DNA of 64,000 nt, taken from Chrysomallon squamiferum. Lineage: Eukaryota > Animalia > Mollusca. The notes under the pieces are model-generated. The model saw only the letters and a program-made list of their open reading frames with translations. It was not told the DNA's origin and ran no database searches. This document shows, one piece after another, positions 1 to 32,300 of the stretch. Numbering within the stretch: position 1 is the stretch's first letter; each line of letters begins with the position of its first letter. The translations under genes and the position numbers were made by a program. Where the stretch lies: contig CM022671.1 in NCBI GenBank assembly GCA_012295275.1, positions 7,378,001-7,442,000 of the forward strand. Direction: 5' to 3'.

Positions 1-41
1 TTTTTAAATCTTTTTTAATTTTTTTTTTTTTTTTTTTATAG

Positions 42-19780
<19,739 letters not shown>

Positions 19781-19791
19781 AACATTTTGAG

Positions 19792-19991
19792 GTAATATTT
19801 AATTTTCAATTTTCAATTTTGGGTATTCAGAAAAGTATACTTCAGTGGGCTGTTATGAATTTTTAAAGTTAAATTTTATACACACACACAGACACATATA
19901 TATTATGAACATACACTTTTGAGAAATCAAAAATGTTGAAGTAAGTAAAAATATTCAACATAAACTTAAATTTGACAAGCACATTGTTATT

Positions 19992-20025
<34 letters not shown>

Positions 20026-20339
20026 TTTTGTAACATTGATTAAATCTAATATTTTGATAATGATTTTTATATCGTTAAACACATTTTTTAACAATAGCTA
20101 GAAATTGCCTTGATTTCTTGTAACAGTAACTGGCATTCCTAAAAATGTAGCTGTTTATAACTTCATAACAATCATTTTTATTTAGGTTTCTCCAAAAGAA
20201 GGTATATTTATTCAATTATGTGGACATTCGCATTAGTCATTTCATTGCATAAACAGTCTTTTTTACTGAAATAGATCTGTTTTGGGGATTTCTGCAAACC
20301 CTTCTAATAATGTTAATTTCATAATATTTTATTTTTCAG
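19792..20339 (+). other. Probable 3'-UTR intron of the ADAMTS gene
   Basis: Donor GAG|gtaata 11 nt after the stop codon; pyrimidine-rich acceptor atttttcag| ending at 20339. Confidence 0.55.
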
Positions 20340-21334
20340 AGAAATATAGACCTAGTCTTGGAAACAACTTGTACAGAAGTGTAAATAGTGTGATGTACAA
20401 ATTGCAAGAATTCAAGCCTATATATATTTGGACCAACTTATTTATTGTTGTAAGATATTTGATCCGTCCTGGCCCCAGGGTAATAGATGCTTGTAGCAGA
20501 AAAGCAATGAAAAGTTATACAGTTTGATCAGTTTATAATGTTTGTGTATGCTTTTCTCTACTTTTGTTACTCGATTTTTTTTTTTTTTTTTTTTTTTTTT
20601 TTGTTGATATTTTTATATATTTTGCTCTTCATAAATGGACTATTTGTTTACTAGAAGTAGAAATCCTTTTTCAAATTCAACAATTTTTTTTTTTTTTAAT
20701 GTATAATTTTGCTGATGTTTTTATGTCTGTTGATTTAATGTGCTGATAAGGTTTGTATTTCTGCTTCAGGATTTACTAATTTTGTTTGATCATATCTTTC
20801 ATGAGAAGCAAGAGATTAAAATCCTTGTTTTGCCTTTAATAATGATTTTAAAAATAATAACATTTCAGTGTATTTTGTCACATATTTTGGTATTTTCTCT
20901 TCTTTTTTTTTAATGGGAAGTTAGACATTTTTTTTAGTAAATAACTAAATTTTTTGTTTTATTTATTATTATTATTACTATATTTTTAAATAAAAATATT
21001 TTCTATATTCATATTCTGATTAGGGTTCTATCTATTGATCTAAGTGGTTGGGAGCATAATTATTTAAGATATGACAAATTACATAGTCCTGTTACTATAT
21101 TTGTTCTCAGTGCATTAGGTATGAAGGGGGAAAAACAAACTTTTTAAATACAACAAATATATAAAAATTCATTCACATGAGTATGAATTAATTATTATCT
21201 ATGTGTTCAATTGATTTTCAATTAACTAATTTACAGATTTACTACAAGTACTGTCTTTTGTTAGATATTTTCTTTTTTCAAAGTATACCCTGTGGTTAAT
21301 GAAACACATCACTGAAAAGTTCTCATATCTGTAA

Positions 21335-21715
21335 TTTACATATCTTTGTACAAAATGACATTGCAAAAACAAAAAAATTCAAAAAGTAAGAAATATCAGC
21401 CACAGTATGTCTTCTTCAACATACTATTAGGAAATAACAAATTATAGCAAATATGATACATCTATACTACTGTGGGATATATTTTACACGTGTGTATCCA
21501 AAAATGACATTGCAAATGCAGGAATGGCAGCCTTAGTTTATCTTCATGACTTTATTATTAGGAAAATAACAAATCAAAGAAAGATATTATAAGTCTGTAA
21601 GATATATTTTACATATCTGTATTTAAAATGATGTAGCCAAAGAAGGAAATGGCAGCTTGGATGCATTTTCATGAGTGTTATTGTCAGACTTTATTACTAT
21701 GAAAATATCACATTT
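21335..21715. repeat. Three diverged ~125-150-bp tandem units downstream of the ADAMTS stop
   Basis: Repeated aaaatgacattgcaaa...ggcagc...tattaggaaataacaaat...gatatattttaca. Confidence 0.7.
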
Positions 21716-23432
21716 GCTTGATATTTATTCACTTTGTTCATAACACCAAAAGTACACTTAAATACAGGATAATGATAAATGTTTTAATTTATACCAGATG
21801 TAATATTTTGATAAATATAGCATAATACCTCATACAAAGTTAGCAAAATACTCTTTTTAAAACTTATTTTTTACTTAAAATGTTCTGTATCGATTAATAT
21901 AATTAATATATATACACTCAGCTTGTTTTGAGATTAAATTTTTACATTTTACAAAATAAAAGGACTTTTAAAGACTTGACCATTATTTAAAAGTAAACAT
22001 TGTACTGAGAATTTAATATTTTTGATTATTTTTGTTCAAGAAACAGAATTTTAGACCATGTCAACCTTGTCAGATGTTTTTATCTCTATTTGTTGTTAGT
22101 TGTTTTTACAGTCTTTAAGTAATAACATACAAATTATTATACTGAATTATAAACTATTTATTTTAACATTTAAAAAACTGGTTAACTAATTAAATTTCCT
22201 TCCTTCTTCTTTTTTTTGTTTGTTTAAAAGTTATTATTATTATTATTTGTTTTAAAGTGATGTCCATTTGCATTAGTCATACTTAGTTTTTCTTGATAGT
22301 ACATTTCTTATCTGTGAATGTGTACGTATGGATGTCAGATGTTACTTGAACTGTGAATACCTCCATTATTTATAATCTCTTAGGATCAGCATTTAATTTT
22401 GGGTTTTCAAAAATAATTTATATGTACATTTCATTTATATATTTGATTCTGGTCACATGTTATTTTGCTTTGTTGTTTTTATCATGTTATGTTTTGTCAT
22501 GTATATATATTATATATTAAATGCTATTAATATTGTATCTATGTAAATCTCATTGTTTAATATCTGATATTTGGTGTTAGAGAATTAAAAAATGATTATA
22601 TTCAAACATGTCATTAATAGGTGGCAATTGGTAATTTTTATATTTATTATACATTTGATGGATATTGAACTTCCATTAATATTCTTCATGGATGATGTTT
22701 GTGAAGATATTTTCAGTGTCTTGGTGAACATGGTAAAATAAAAAATACTTTAAATGACACTTATCAGCAGTTTGTTCACAGAAATGTTGCCATAAAGTGA
22801 ATTAATGGCTGTAAGTCATTTAATTTTCTCAAACTGTTTTCATCAATGACATTGTCAGTATTTAGTAGTTATCAAGGCTGTTGAAGCTACATACAAAATT
22901 ATTTGGATTTTTTAGTTGTATGAGTTTGATACTGTTAAATAAACCTAACGTTCATTGCAGACTTAACAAAATAATGCAGAACTACAATCTGGTTATTAAA
23001 TTTAATATTTTAATCTTTCATTGTCAAAATGAACATTTTAATTTTCAGTATCAAAATGAATGTTTGAATCTTTCATTAATAATACAAAAGTAATAACAGA
23101 ATTTCTGACATATATAGTCAAAGGTCTGTGTTAGTTACATTTACATACACCATATGTCAAGAATAATGTTGAGACAGTCATTTATCTAGATGTCTAATAC
23201 GTTAAGATAGTTGTACATATTAAATTATATCTGATTTTAGCTGCAGATGTTGCAGATTATCAGTATCTGAATTTATACAAAACAAACCCTACAGATAATT
23301 CAATTGTATCTGTATGCACTACACATGCATGAATTTTTCAGTAGTTTGGCATATACTTACAGAGTTTAACACAAAGTTATGATTTTCTTTTTTCTCTGCT
23401 GACCTTTTAAGTGTACATGTGTACACCAACAT

Positions 23433-23433
<1 letters not shown>

Positions 23434-23488
<55 letters not shown>
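23434..23488. repeat. (CA)n microsatellite
   Basis: Perfect dinucleotide run. Confidence 0.95.
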
Positions 23489-23489
<1 letters not shown>

Positions 23490-26400
23490 ATCACACCATC
23501 AATGTACAGTATATATACACACACACACATATATATATACTGATTAATATTCAAATATACACACACTGATAGTTATACACTTACATATGTGAAAAAAATA
23601 GAAAATTGTTTAATGAAAATATGGATGGGCACTTTCAAATTGGAGGATCCAGACTCCAAATCTGGATCTATATCTGCATAAATAATTCAGTAGTACTAAG
23701 AATGCCAGAAATTTAGCTACACTCTGCAAATATCAGATACGTTTAAGTCAGCATAATAGATGTGTGATGCATCTTTAACAACTGTTTTTTTTAATTGTTT
23801 TTTTTTAACATAGTTTTATGATTTGCTCACTGCCAGCATAACCCAGATTACCTCACTGATTTATGTGATTTTTTTAGAGGCAATTTGATTTATCTTTATT
23901 TTTATTAATTTTATGAATTTTATTTTCTTTAATCTTTTTCAATGTCATATCTGTGATTAGACATTTTCAGTTACCTTTACCTGAAGGATCGTTTTTTCTT
24001 CTGTTTTATTTATTTATATATTTACATATTTTATTATTATTATTATTCATATTTTATTATATAAAACAATTCATAACTATCACACAGTATTCTTTCAAAT
24101 AAATACCACAATCATCACCTCAATGACTGTTTGAAAGTTTTATGAACTATATTTTAGTGATAGTGATAGTCATACTGAAACACTCACATTACACTAGCTG
24201 CAACTTGATTATCTCTAATTATTTAGATATAATGTAAGAGTTTTTCCCAAAGAAACTTGCCAGTACTTGGTAAATTAAACAATTTCAGATGCATTTTTTT
24301 CAGGTTACTTTATTATTATTTTTTATGTTTTTTTTTTTTTTTTTGTGTGTGTGTGTGGAGATTTTTTGGTGGATTTTTTGACATTATAAGTAATTGGAAC
24401 ACAACCAAATTTAATGTTGTGCTCCAAGAATGGGATTATACCAGACATAACAACAAAAAAAAAAAAAAAAAAAATAACAGTAAAAGTTAAACAGTTAGCT
24501 TGGAATCTATCATGATTCTTTCTGATTTATGTACAGACTATGATCTTTTGATTAGTAGTAAGCTTGAAATTAGCATGTTTTTATTATTTGATCATTTTAA
24601 AATTAATTACAGAAAATGTTAATTTGATCTCAGGGCAAGAATTTTGCTAATTACAATAGAATACTGAAATCAGATTCTGCACCATGTTAGAAAAAGCCAG
24701 GAACAACATACATGACTGTACATAATATCTGTTTATCAAAAGTTTTTAGAATTTAACTGATAAGAATATATGAATATATGAATCCAAAGACAGATATGTA
24801 GGTAGGTAGGGATTATTTAATACTAAATGTAATTACATTCTGTTGCTGTTCATTAGAAATCTTTGTAAATGATTTCAGTATTATAAATTAACAGTGAAAT
24901 ACTCATTAATTCTTAATAAAGATACACTCAAGTTCCAGTGATAATTTGTTAAACATATTCAATTTCTGTATTGGTTATTACCACAGCAGAACTTTTAATT
25001 CTCTATATTACATGTGTATATATTCAAATTAGTTTCAGTATTTTTAATTTCAAAATTGGAAAGAATACTGTTTTTGTACAAAATGTTCTGGTCACAATTT
25101 TTCTGACGAGATTTTTATAAATAAATCTTTTTTAATTTCTTAAATTATTATTTTATTTATTTATTATGTGTATATATATATAATTTCTTTTTAAATTTTC
25201 TCATAGGGACTACTTTTATTTGTTTTACTTTATATTATAATTTTTCTTTTGCATTTATTTATATTCTTTGTGTTTTTGTTTTAATATATATTTTTAATTG
25301 GTTCAAAACTTTGTTTGCATTTCTGGTTAATTTGTGCATTGTATTGCAAAACAGCAGCTTTAAGAATAAAATCAGATTTTATTTTTGAAATATTGCCAAT
25401 TATTTTACAAATAAGAACAATCTAGGAACAGAAACAAAATAAAAATAAAATGTTTAATTTTGTATATTAAGTCCAAATTTTATTCATTTTAAACATCACT
25501 TTATAATATAAGCATTAAAGGCATTAATACATAAAAATGTATAAATATGGTTTTAATAACACATGAAGTATGGTTGGTGCCCATGTAATTATGATAATTT
25601 CAAAATATATCTTTCATTTGTATGAAATCAAGCAAGCATAAATGTATTGTCATATATTTTATTTTGTAATTAACATGTAATGTTCAAAAATGTGAAGATG
25701 TTCATAATTTTATCACATTTTTATTAACAATGTGAAGTATGCTGACATTCTGTTTATACTGCTGTTGGCTTGTAAATGTTTAGTGCTTCGTAACCAAAAA
25801 GAAATCACCAATTATGATTTTATACCACTTTTGTAAATGCAATTTTTATGCATGTTTTGTATTAGTCTGAGTTGACCATTTAAACAGCTAGTCAAATAAA
25901 GAAAAGAAAAAAAAAATTAAAAAAATAATCAAACAAAGAGCTAGTGAAATAACATCTGCAGTCAAAACAGTTAGTATTCCAAATTACTACTAAACAAAAT
26001 ATCTAAAGTTTGGATTAGTATTAAAATTATGACAGGGTTCGGTGGGTTTAAATTTGATGTTATTGTTTTTGACTACTGTTTCACTAGACATCTTGAAATA
26101 CTAGCTGATTTTGACTTCCTTTTTACTAGCTGTTTTTTTTTTTTTTTTTTTTATGTATAATCTTCTGTACAAAGCTAAAGCTTTTTGTATTAATGGCAAC
26201 AATTACTATTTTCATTTACCTCATTGATAATGTTTTCTTGTGTGGCATCTGTGTGATCCTAAAAATATTGTAAATTTTTATTGTCTATTTATTATATTCT
26301 TATTTCTAGTATTTTTTTTTTTTTTTTGTTTATTATTATTATTATTATTATTATTAATGACCTCAAAAGTGAAGATGGAAACAAGAGATGGATTTTGTTA

Positions 26401-26919
26401 TTAATTTTTTTAAATTATTATTTTTTTGTTAATATTATTATTAGCCTTACTGGTTAATAGTAATTCACCAAATCAGCCTTTCACAAAAAGAATTATTTTC
26501 AGATAAAATTATTATATGTAATGACAGTAATGATAATGAAAGTTACTGTCGTAATATAAACAATGAATCAGTAATGCTATGTCATTATTTTACTAAAACC
26601 AGTAATTTTACCAAAACAGTGATCACCCTTCTTCCCAGCCACATAGTTTTCTGTTTCATATAGCTGTGTGTATGTATGTGTGTATTTGTGAGAAAATCGT
26701 TGTAATTTAATTCTTTATAATCAATTAAAGATGTTAATTTTTAGTGTTTGTTTTTGTGTCTGTGTACGTGACAAATGCCACATAAATAAATTTCAGTCAG
26801 TTTGAAGTTGTTTGTTATTTTTTATTTACAAATTATGAAGCCTTTGTATGGGTGAGTGGGTGTATATGTGTGTGAGTGCATGTAAGAGTGTGTGTGTGTG
26901 TGTATATATACATACATAC

Positions 26920-26955
<36 letters not shown>

Positions 26956-26957
26956 GT

Positions 26958-27430
26958 TTGAGTCTCGTCAGCAGCATCTGACAGGGTTTGTGAGGTCATG
27001 ATTGTCCTGCACCAGTGCATTCCCAAATATTGTCTATGAACAGTCTTTTCAGATGTACATAAGACAGAGAATATACATATTCCTAAAACTACATCCACCT
27101 TCCAGTGCCAGGTTTCCCACACAAAACAGATTCACACAAAAATAAAGAAAGACAAAGAACGGCATGCTTCGTGGGAAGCAATGATTACCCTCAGTTGTAG
27201 AGCTAACTTTTTTAGGGTTGTATTGGTGGCTGAACAGTAACATTGTCTGCCTTCGGAGTGCAGGTGAGGGTGCCATACGTTCGAGTTTTATCAACAACAT
27301 CTGACAGGGTTTGTGAGATCATAATTGGACTTTGTCCTCCTGCACCAGTGCATTCCGAAATATTGTCTGTGTGCAGAATCTATTCAGATATACATAAGAC
27401 AGAGAATATTCAAAATCTTAAAACTGCATA
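26958..27430. repeat. ~135-bp direct repeats (period about 323 bp) flanking a ~200-bp unique spacer
   Basis: catctgacagggtttgtgag...cctgcaccagtgcattcc.aaatattgtct...tacataagacagagaatat at 26975 and 27298. Confidence 0.85.
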
Positions 27431-28407
27431 CATATATTCATGTATAAGATAATCAACCACATTGCATCATTACATGAATGGAGGTTATGGGTAACCCACA
27501 AAAACTTGGATACATCCTTTCACTCAATACAAAACTCAAAGAAATTCTGTAAAATCATAAAATGAAATAAAACTCAGAAACTGAATTTAATATTTCACTT
27601 GCAAAAAACAACCCAAAAAAAAAAAAAAATGATAAACACTAACAAAATGTTTTCATACTGACATAAAACTACTTGAATAAAAAGTTAAAAGAAAAAAAAA
27701 AGTTCTAGATATTTAACTTCAGTATAATAATAATAATAATGTAAGACTGATATTTTGTCCAAAAAAAATAGATGATTTTTGTTTTGTAAGTTCTTGTGTT
27801 CTGTAACTTAGATGAACAGTTCCCTAGATTTTATTTTTCCGATATTAGTTACCATATTAACCACAATGATAATGCCTTTTTTAAAAATGTATTTATTTAA
27901 ATTAATTATAAAATAAATTTTTAAAGATTACTTGATGTGGAATGATACTACAAAAAATGTCTTCAAAGTACACAAACTTATTTATTTATTTATTTATTTA
28001 TTAGTTCATTTTAGCGTCCATTTGTTTTGTTTGTTGTTTTTTTGTTTTGTTTTTAATAAAATAAAAATTAGATTATTTAATTTTCTGTGATTCCATGTAG
28101 TTATATAAATCATGTATTTAATGTAATATAATTTTCATGAAGCATTTTCTTTCTTTTTTCATTCTATTTTCTCAGTAAACAATAAATATCCCAAGTAGTT
28201 TGAATCAAGAATCATTAATAAATTTATGTACGCAGAAACTAGAAAATCAGTCACACACACACACACAGAGCTTAAACCATCACTTTAACATTGAACAAGA
28301 TATTTATTATTTATTTTCTGTATATTTCTTGTATCAGTACATTTCTTGTATCATATACCCTGATGAATGAATTTAATTGCCTTCATCTTATTCCATCTGG
28401 GTTATGT

Positions 28408-28451
<44 letters not shown>

Positions 28452-28699
28452 TTGATCATTATTCATTGTCTTCCTATCTTTTCTTTCTTTCTTTCTTTTT
28501 AATCGGTTAAATTAGTATTTCTTTTATTTAATTATTTATGTATTTTTTGATCAAAATGGAGCAAACTACTAAAAAAAAGAAGAGTAAAACATTCTATGAA
28601 ATTGAAAGGTAAGTTTTAGAACATTATCTTTATGAGGAAAACAAATTCTAATTCTGTTTTAATATCTACTGTAACAATATAAATTAAACTTGTTAAACT

Positions 28700-29357
28700 A
28701 GGTCAAGTAGAGTGATGATAGCGGATGTTTTAGGCTGTTATATAAAAAATGTGGCAAATTAAAGTCTGATTTACAAAGACCCCACAATACTTACTGGTTT
28801 TAAGAATACGACGGTCAAAAGCTAGTTTTTATTAGAGTGGAGAATCACAGAATTAAGGAGGAAATTGCAACGAAAAGATTTGCATGTCCGCGGTCTGCTT
28901 ATCGTTCATTTAAACATTTAAATTTTTGTACGTATAGTGAAAGTTGTTAGTTAAAATTATCCAGTCAAATGACAACATTTCAGTTGGTAGTCGTGGATAA
29001 AAAATCTCACTTTAACTGATAATTACGAATTAAGAACTTCTCAAGTCAAGTAGAAATGCACGGGAGTGCACTGATTCATTGAGTCGAGTGACGGAATTTT
29101 AAAAGCACGGGACTTCAAAAAATGAAACCAGTGTGAAAAAATGGTACATCATATATAAAATGCTGTTCTGATGATTAATATATATAGTCTTATTTAAGTT
29201 ACTTTATATTATATTAAATTTATTTATTTATTTATTATTTGCAGGTTTTTGCATTATACATTAAATGATTAATGAAAGGTAAACAGGATTTTTCCCATAT
29301 ATAACAACTCTATCAGAAGACAACTAATGACTGTTATTCCATTTTGATCAGTTAAGC
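28700..29357 (+). promoter_or_regulatory. Probable GANP promoter and spliced 5' UTR
   Basis: Local CpG enrichment within CpG-poor DNA; two GCACGGGA motifs (about 29058 and 29105). Candidate splice sites: donor at 29144, mini-exon 29245-29278, acceptor at 29351 just before the ATG. Confidence 0.5.
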
Positions 29358-32300
29358 ATGTCAGGTTTTGTAGGAGGTGGTGATACCCCAAACCCATTTG
29401 GAGGACAAACATCTGTCTTTCGTCAGAACATGGCCACATCACAGCCTTCAGTTTTTGGTTCTGAAACAACATCTGTAAGTACATCTAATGTGTTTGGCAC
29501 CACACGCATGTCACCATTTGTTCACCAGGCAAGCAGTGGCAGCTCAGAAAATCAAACAGTGTTTGGAGGATCCAGCAAAGCCAGTTCCGAAACTGTGTTT
29601 GGTCAACCAAATACTCAGCCATTTAAAATCCCCACTTCAGGAACAAACCTACAGAACATCTTTGGAGGAAACAAATTTAATCAAAGTTCTTCTTCATTTG
29701 GGCAAGGAAATCAGTCATTAACCAACAAAGTTCAGTTTGCTTTTGGAAATCAGACTCAAAGTTCAGGCATGGAATCATCAGGTTTTGGAGGCAAGATGAA
29801 AATGGCAACAGCATTTGGTTCCCCTGCTGTATCCGATTCTTCAACTGCTTCACAAAATTTTGGAATGTCAGGTGATGGTGTTACAAAAACTGAGACATCA
29901 GTCTTTGGGAAAAGTGGTTCTACAGTCTTTGGGGGACAACCAACTACTCAGACAGGCACTGTTTTTGGTAAAACATCAAGTGGACCAGTTTCCAAATCAC
30001 AGCAACCTAAATATGTTCCACCAAGTAACAATGTTTTTGGTGCGAGCAGCAGTCCAACTCAGACTTCTATTTCCAGTATTTTTGGAGGTGTTAAATCGTT
30101 TGGTTCAGCTTCTCAGTCTGCGCAATCTTCAGCTCAGTTTACTTTCACTAATACATCGGTTACTACAGCATCAAAAGAGAAAACTGACGGTGAATCTCCA
30201 GTGAAGAGCAGCGCTTCAACAAAATGGTCACAAAGACGTATTATCCGAAAAAGTTTAGACCAGGGTAAAGTCTCATATTTAAACAAAACCAAAATTTACA
30301 GTCATAGATAATTATAAATGATTCTACTTTAAAACTGAGATATTTATGTATATATATATACTGTTAATTGCAATATTTAATCATTTATTTAATCATTTTT
30401 CCTTATAATCTGCTTCAAACTTCAAAGTAATTTCTCTCATTTAGTTATTGATTAATCTGTTGGAAAAAAAGAGTTTGGTAGATCAACATTTTATAAAGCA
30501 CTAACTAACATCAGTTTTAATTATCATTATTTTACATTCCAGTATTTGGCAAGTCCTGAAACATACGTCATTCTAGTGTTGATTTTATTTCAAAGTACGT
30601 TATTTAATGTTAAATATTAGTTTGTGTGTGAAACCTGAATTTGTTTTTTTTTTTTTTTTATTATTTTTCTGACTTTTGACAGGAACCTCTGCTTCTGGCC
30701 GTAGAAGTGTGTTTTCTAGAAGAGTGTCTGGTGACAAAAAACAGGAAAAAGATTCAAAATCAGATAATTTGAGTGAAGAGTCAAACAAAGTAGCTGGTAA
30801 TACCAGTGGTGTGTTTTTCATAATATTCAGATAATATACATATGGGATGTGTATTTTTAAAATAATTTTAATGGTTACATTATTATGTTGCAATTTGAAA
30901 GAAAAGAAAAGATTCTTGGCATTGTCATGCAAATTTTTATCTTTTTTTAATTAGTTATTAAGAATTTTGAAATGTTAGTTTCAAAAATGTCAGCAGACAA
31001 CGTTCAGTGAAAAGCTAAAATTTTTAGTCTTTTCTTTTTACATGGATATTTTTGCTGAAGACTTCTCTTCACTGATTCTAAACTGTTTTTATTTTCCTTT
31101 CTAGTTCCTTTTAAAGTTTAAAATAAAAAAGACAATTTCTGTATCAGATAATCCCACCGCCAAAAAAATCAGTTTAAAAACATTTTTACATTTCTTGTGT
31201 AGTTTTATTTTTGTTTTTAAGTAAATAGGTAAGAAATATGATTTCATTAATAATTTTCCTTGTTTCTGCTTATATTGCACCAATGTGATACAAAAATTAT
31301 TAAATCATTATTTTAATTTTTTAAGAATCTCCCAGTGATAGGTCCAAATATCGACGAATGTCATCCAGTGCTGAAGACATCAGCTCGAAATCGGCCATTG
31401 TCTGTAAAGGGATTCCTGTCCGATTAAATAAAGGGCCTGTTCTCCGCAAACATTTTTCACAGTTTGGTTCTGTATCAAAAGTGTTTCCCAATGTCAATAA
31501 AAATTCGGCTATAATTCATTTTCAGGACCATGTGAGTACGAATTAGGACTGAGTGTTTGATTTTGTTAACATTTCACTTGTAGCTTTTAATGTATTACTG
31601 GAATAATTTAATACTGTATGTTTGTTCTTGTTAATATTCATCCTTTTTTTTTTTTTGAGCAGCCAACATAGTATTATTTAACAGTTTTTGGATGTTTTAG
31701 TGTACATAAATTTTATTCATGCATACAGTCGTAAACAAATATTGTTTGGATGTTATATCTTTAGCCTGTATGATGACAATACTTGATTTAGCAAATCTAA
31801 ATGTGATTAACGCTGCCATTTTCTGCTATTTTTTCTGCTATTATTCTGTTTATGCTTGCATTAATATGCAATCTGTAATTTAATCTAATAATTTATTTTG
31901 ATTTATTTTAAAGGATTCTGCCAGCAGAGCTAAGAGGAAAGGACATACACTGGCTCGAGATATTTCTCCCATACAAATATTCTGGCGTAGCCTCATCACC
32001 AAACCTTCACCTACAGACAGATCAAGAAGAGCAGAACAAATCACTACCACTAAAGGTATTGGAATAAAGTATATTTAAGATTATGTTTAAAAAAATAGGT
32101 ACTAGAATGAAGTGTAGTTATGGTGGTGTTAAAACAAGTTTTGGAGAGACATATAGTTAGGAAAAAGGTAATTCATTTACTTATAGTTATGGTAATGTGG
32201 GGAGGGAATGGAATGACTTATAAGTCATTGTGACGTTAGAATAAAGAAAGTGGAATGAAGTATAATTATCTTGATTTCAAAATAAAGATACTGCAATGAA

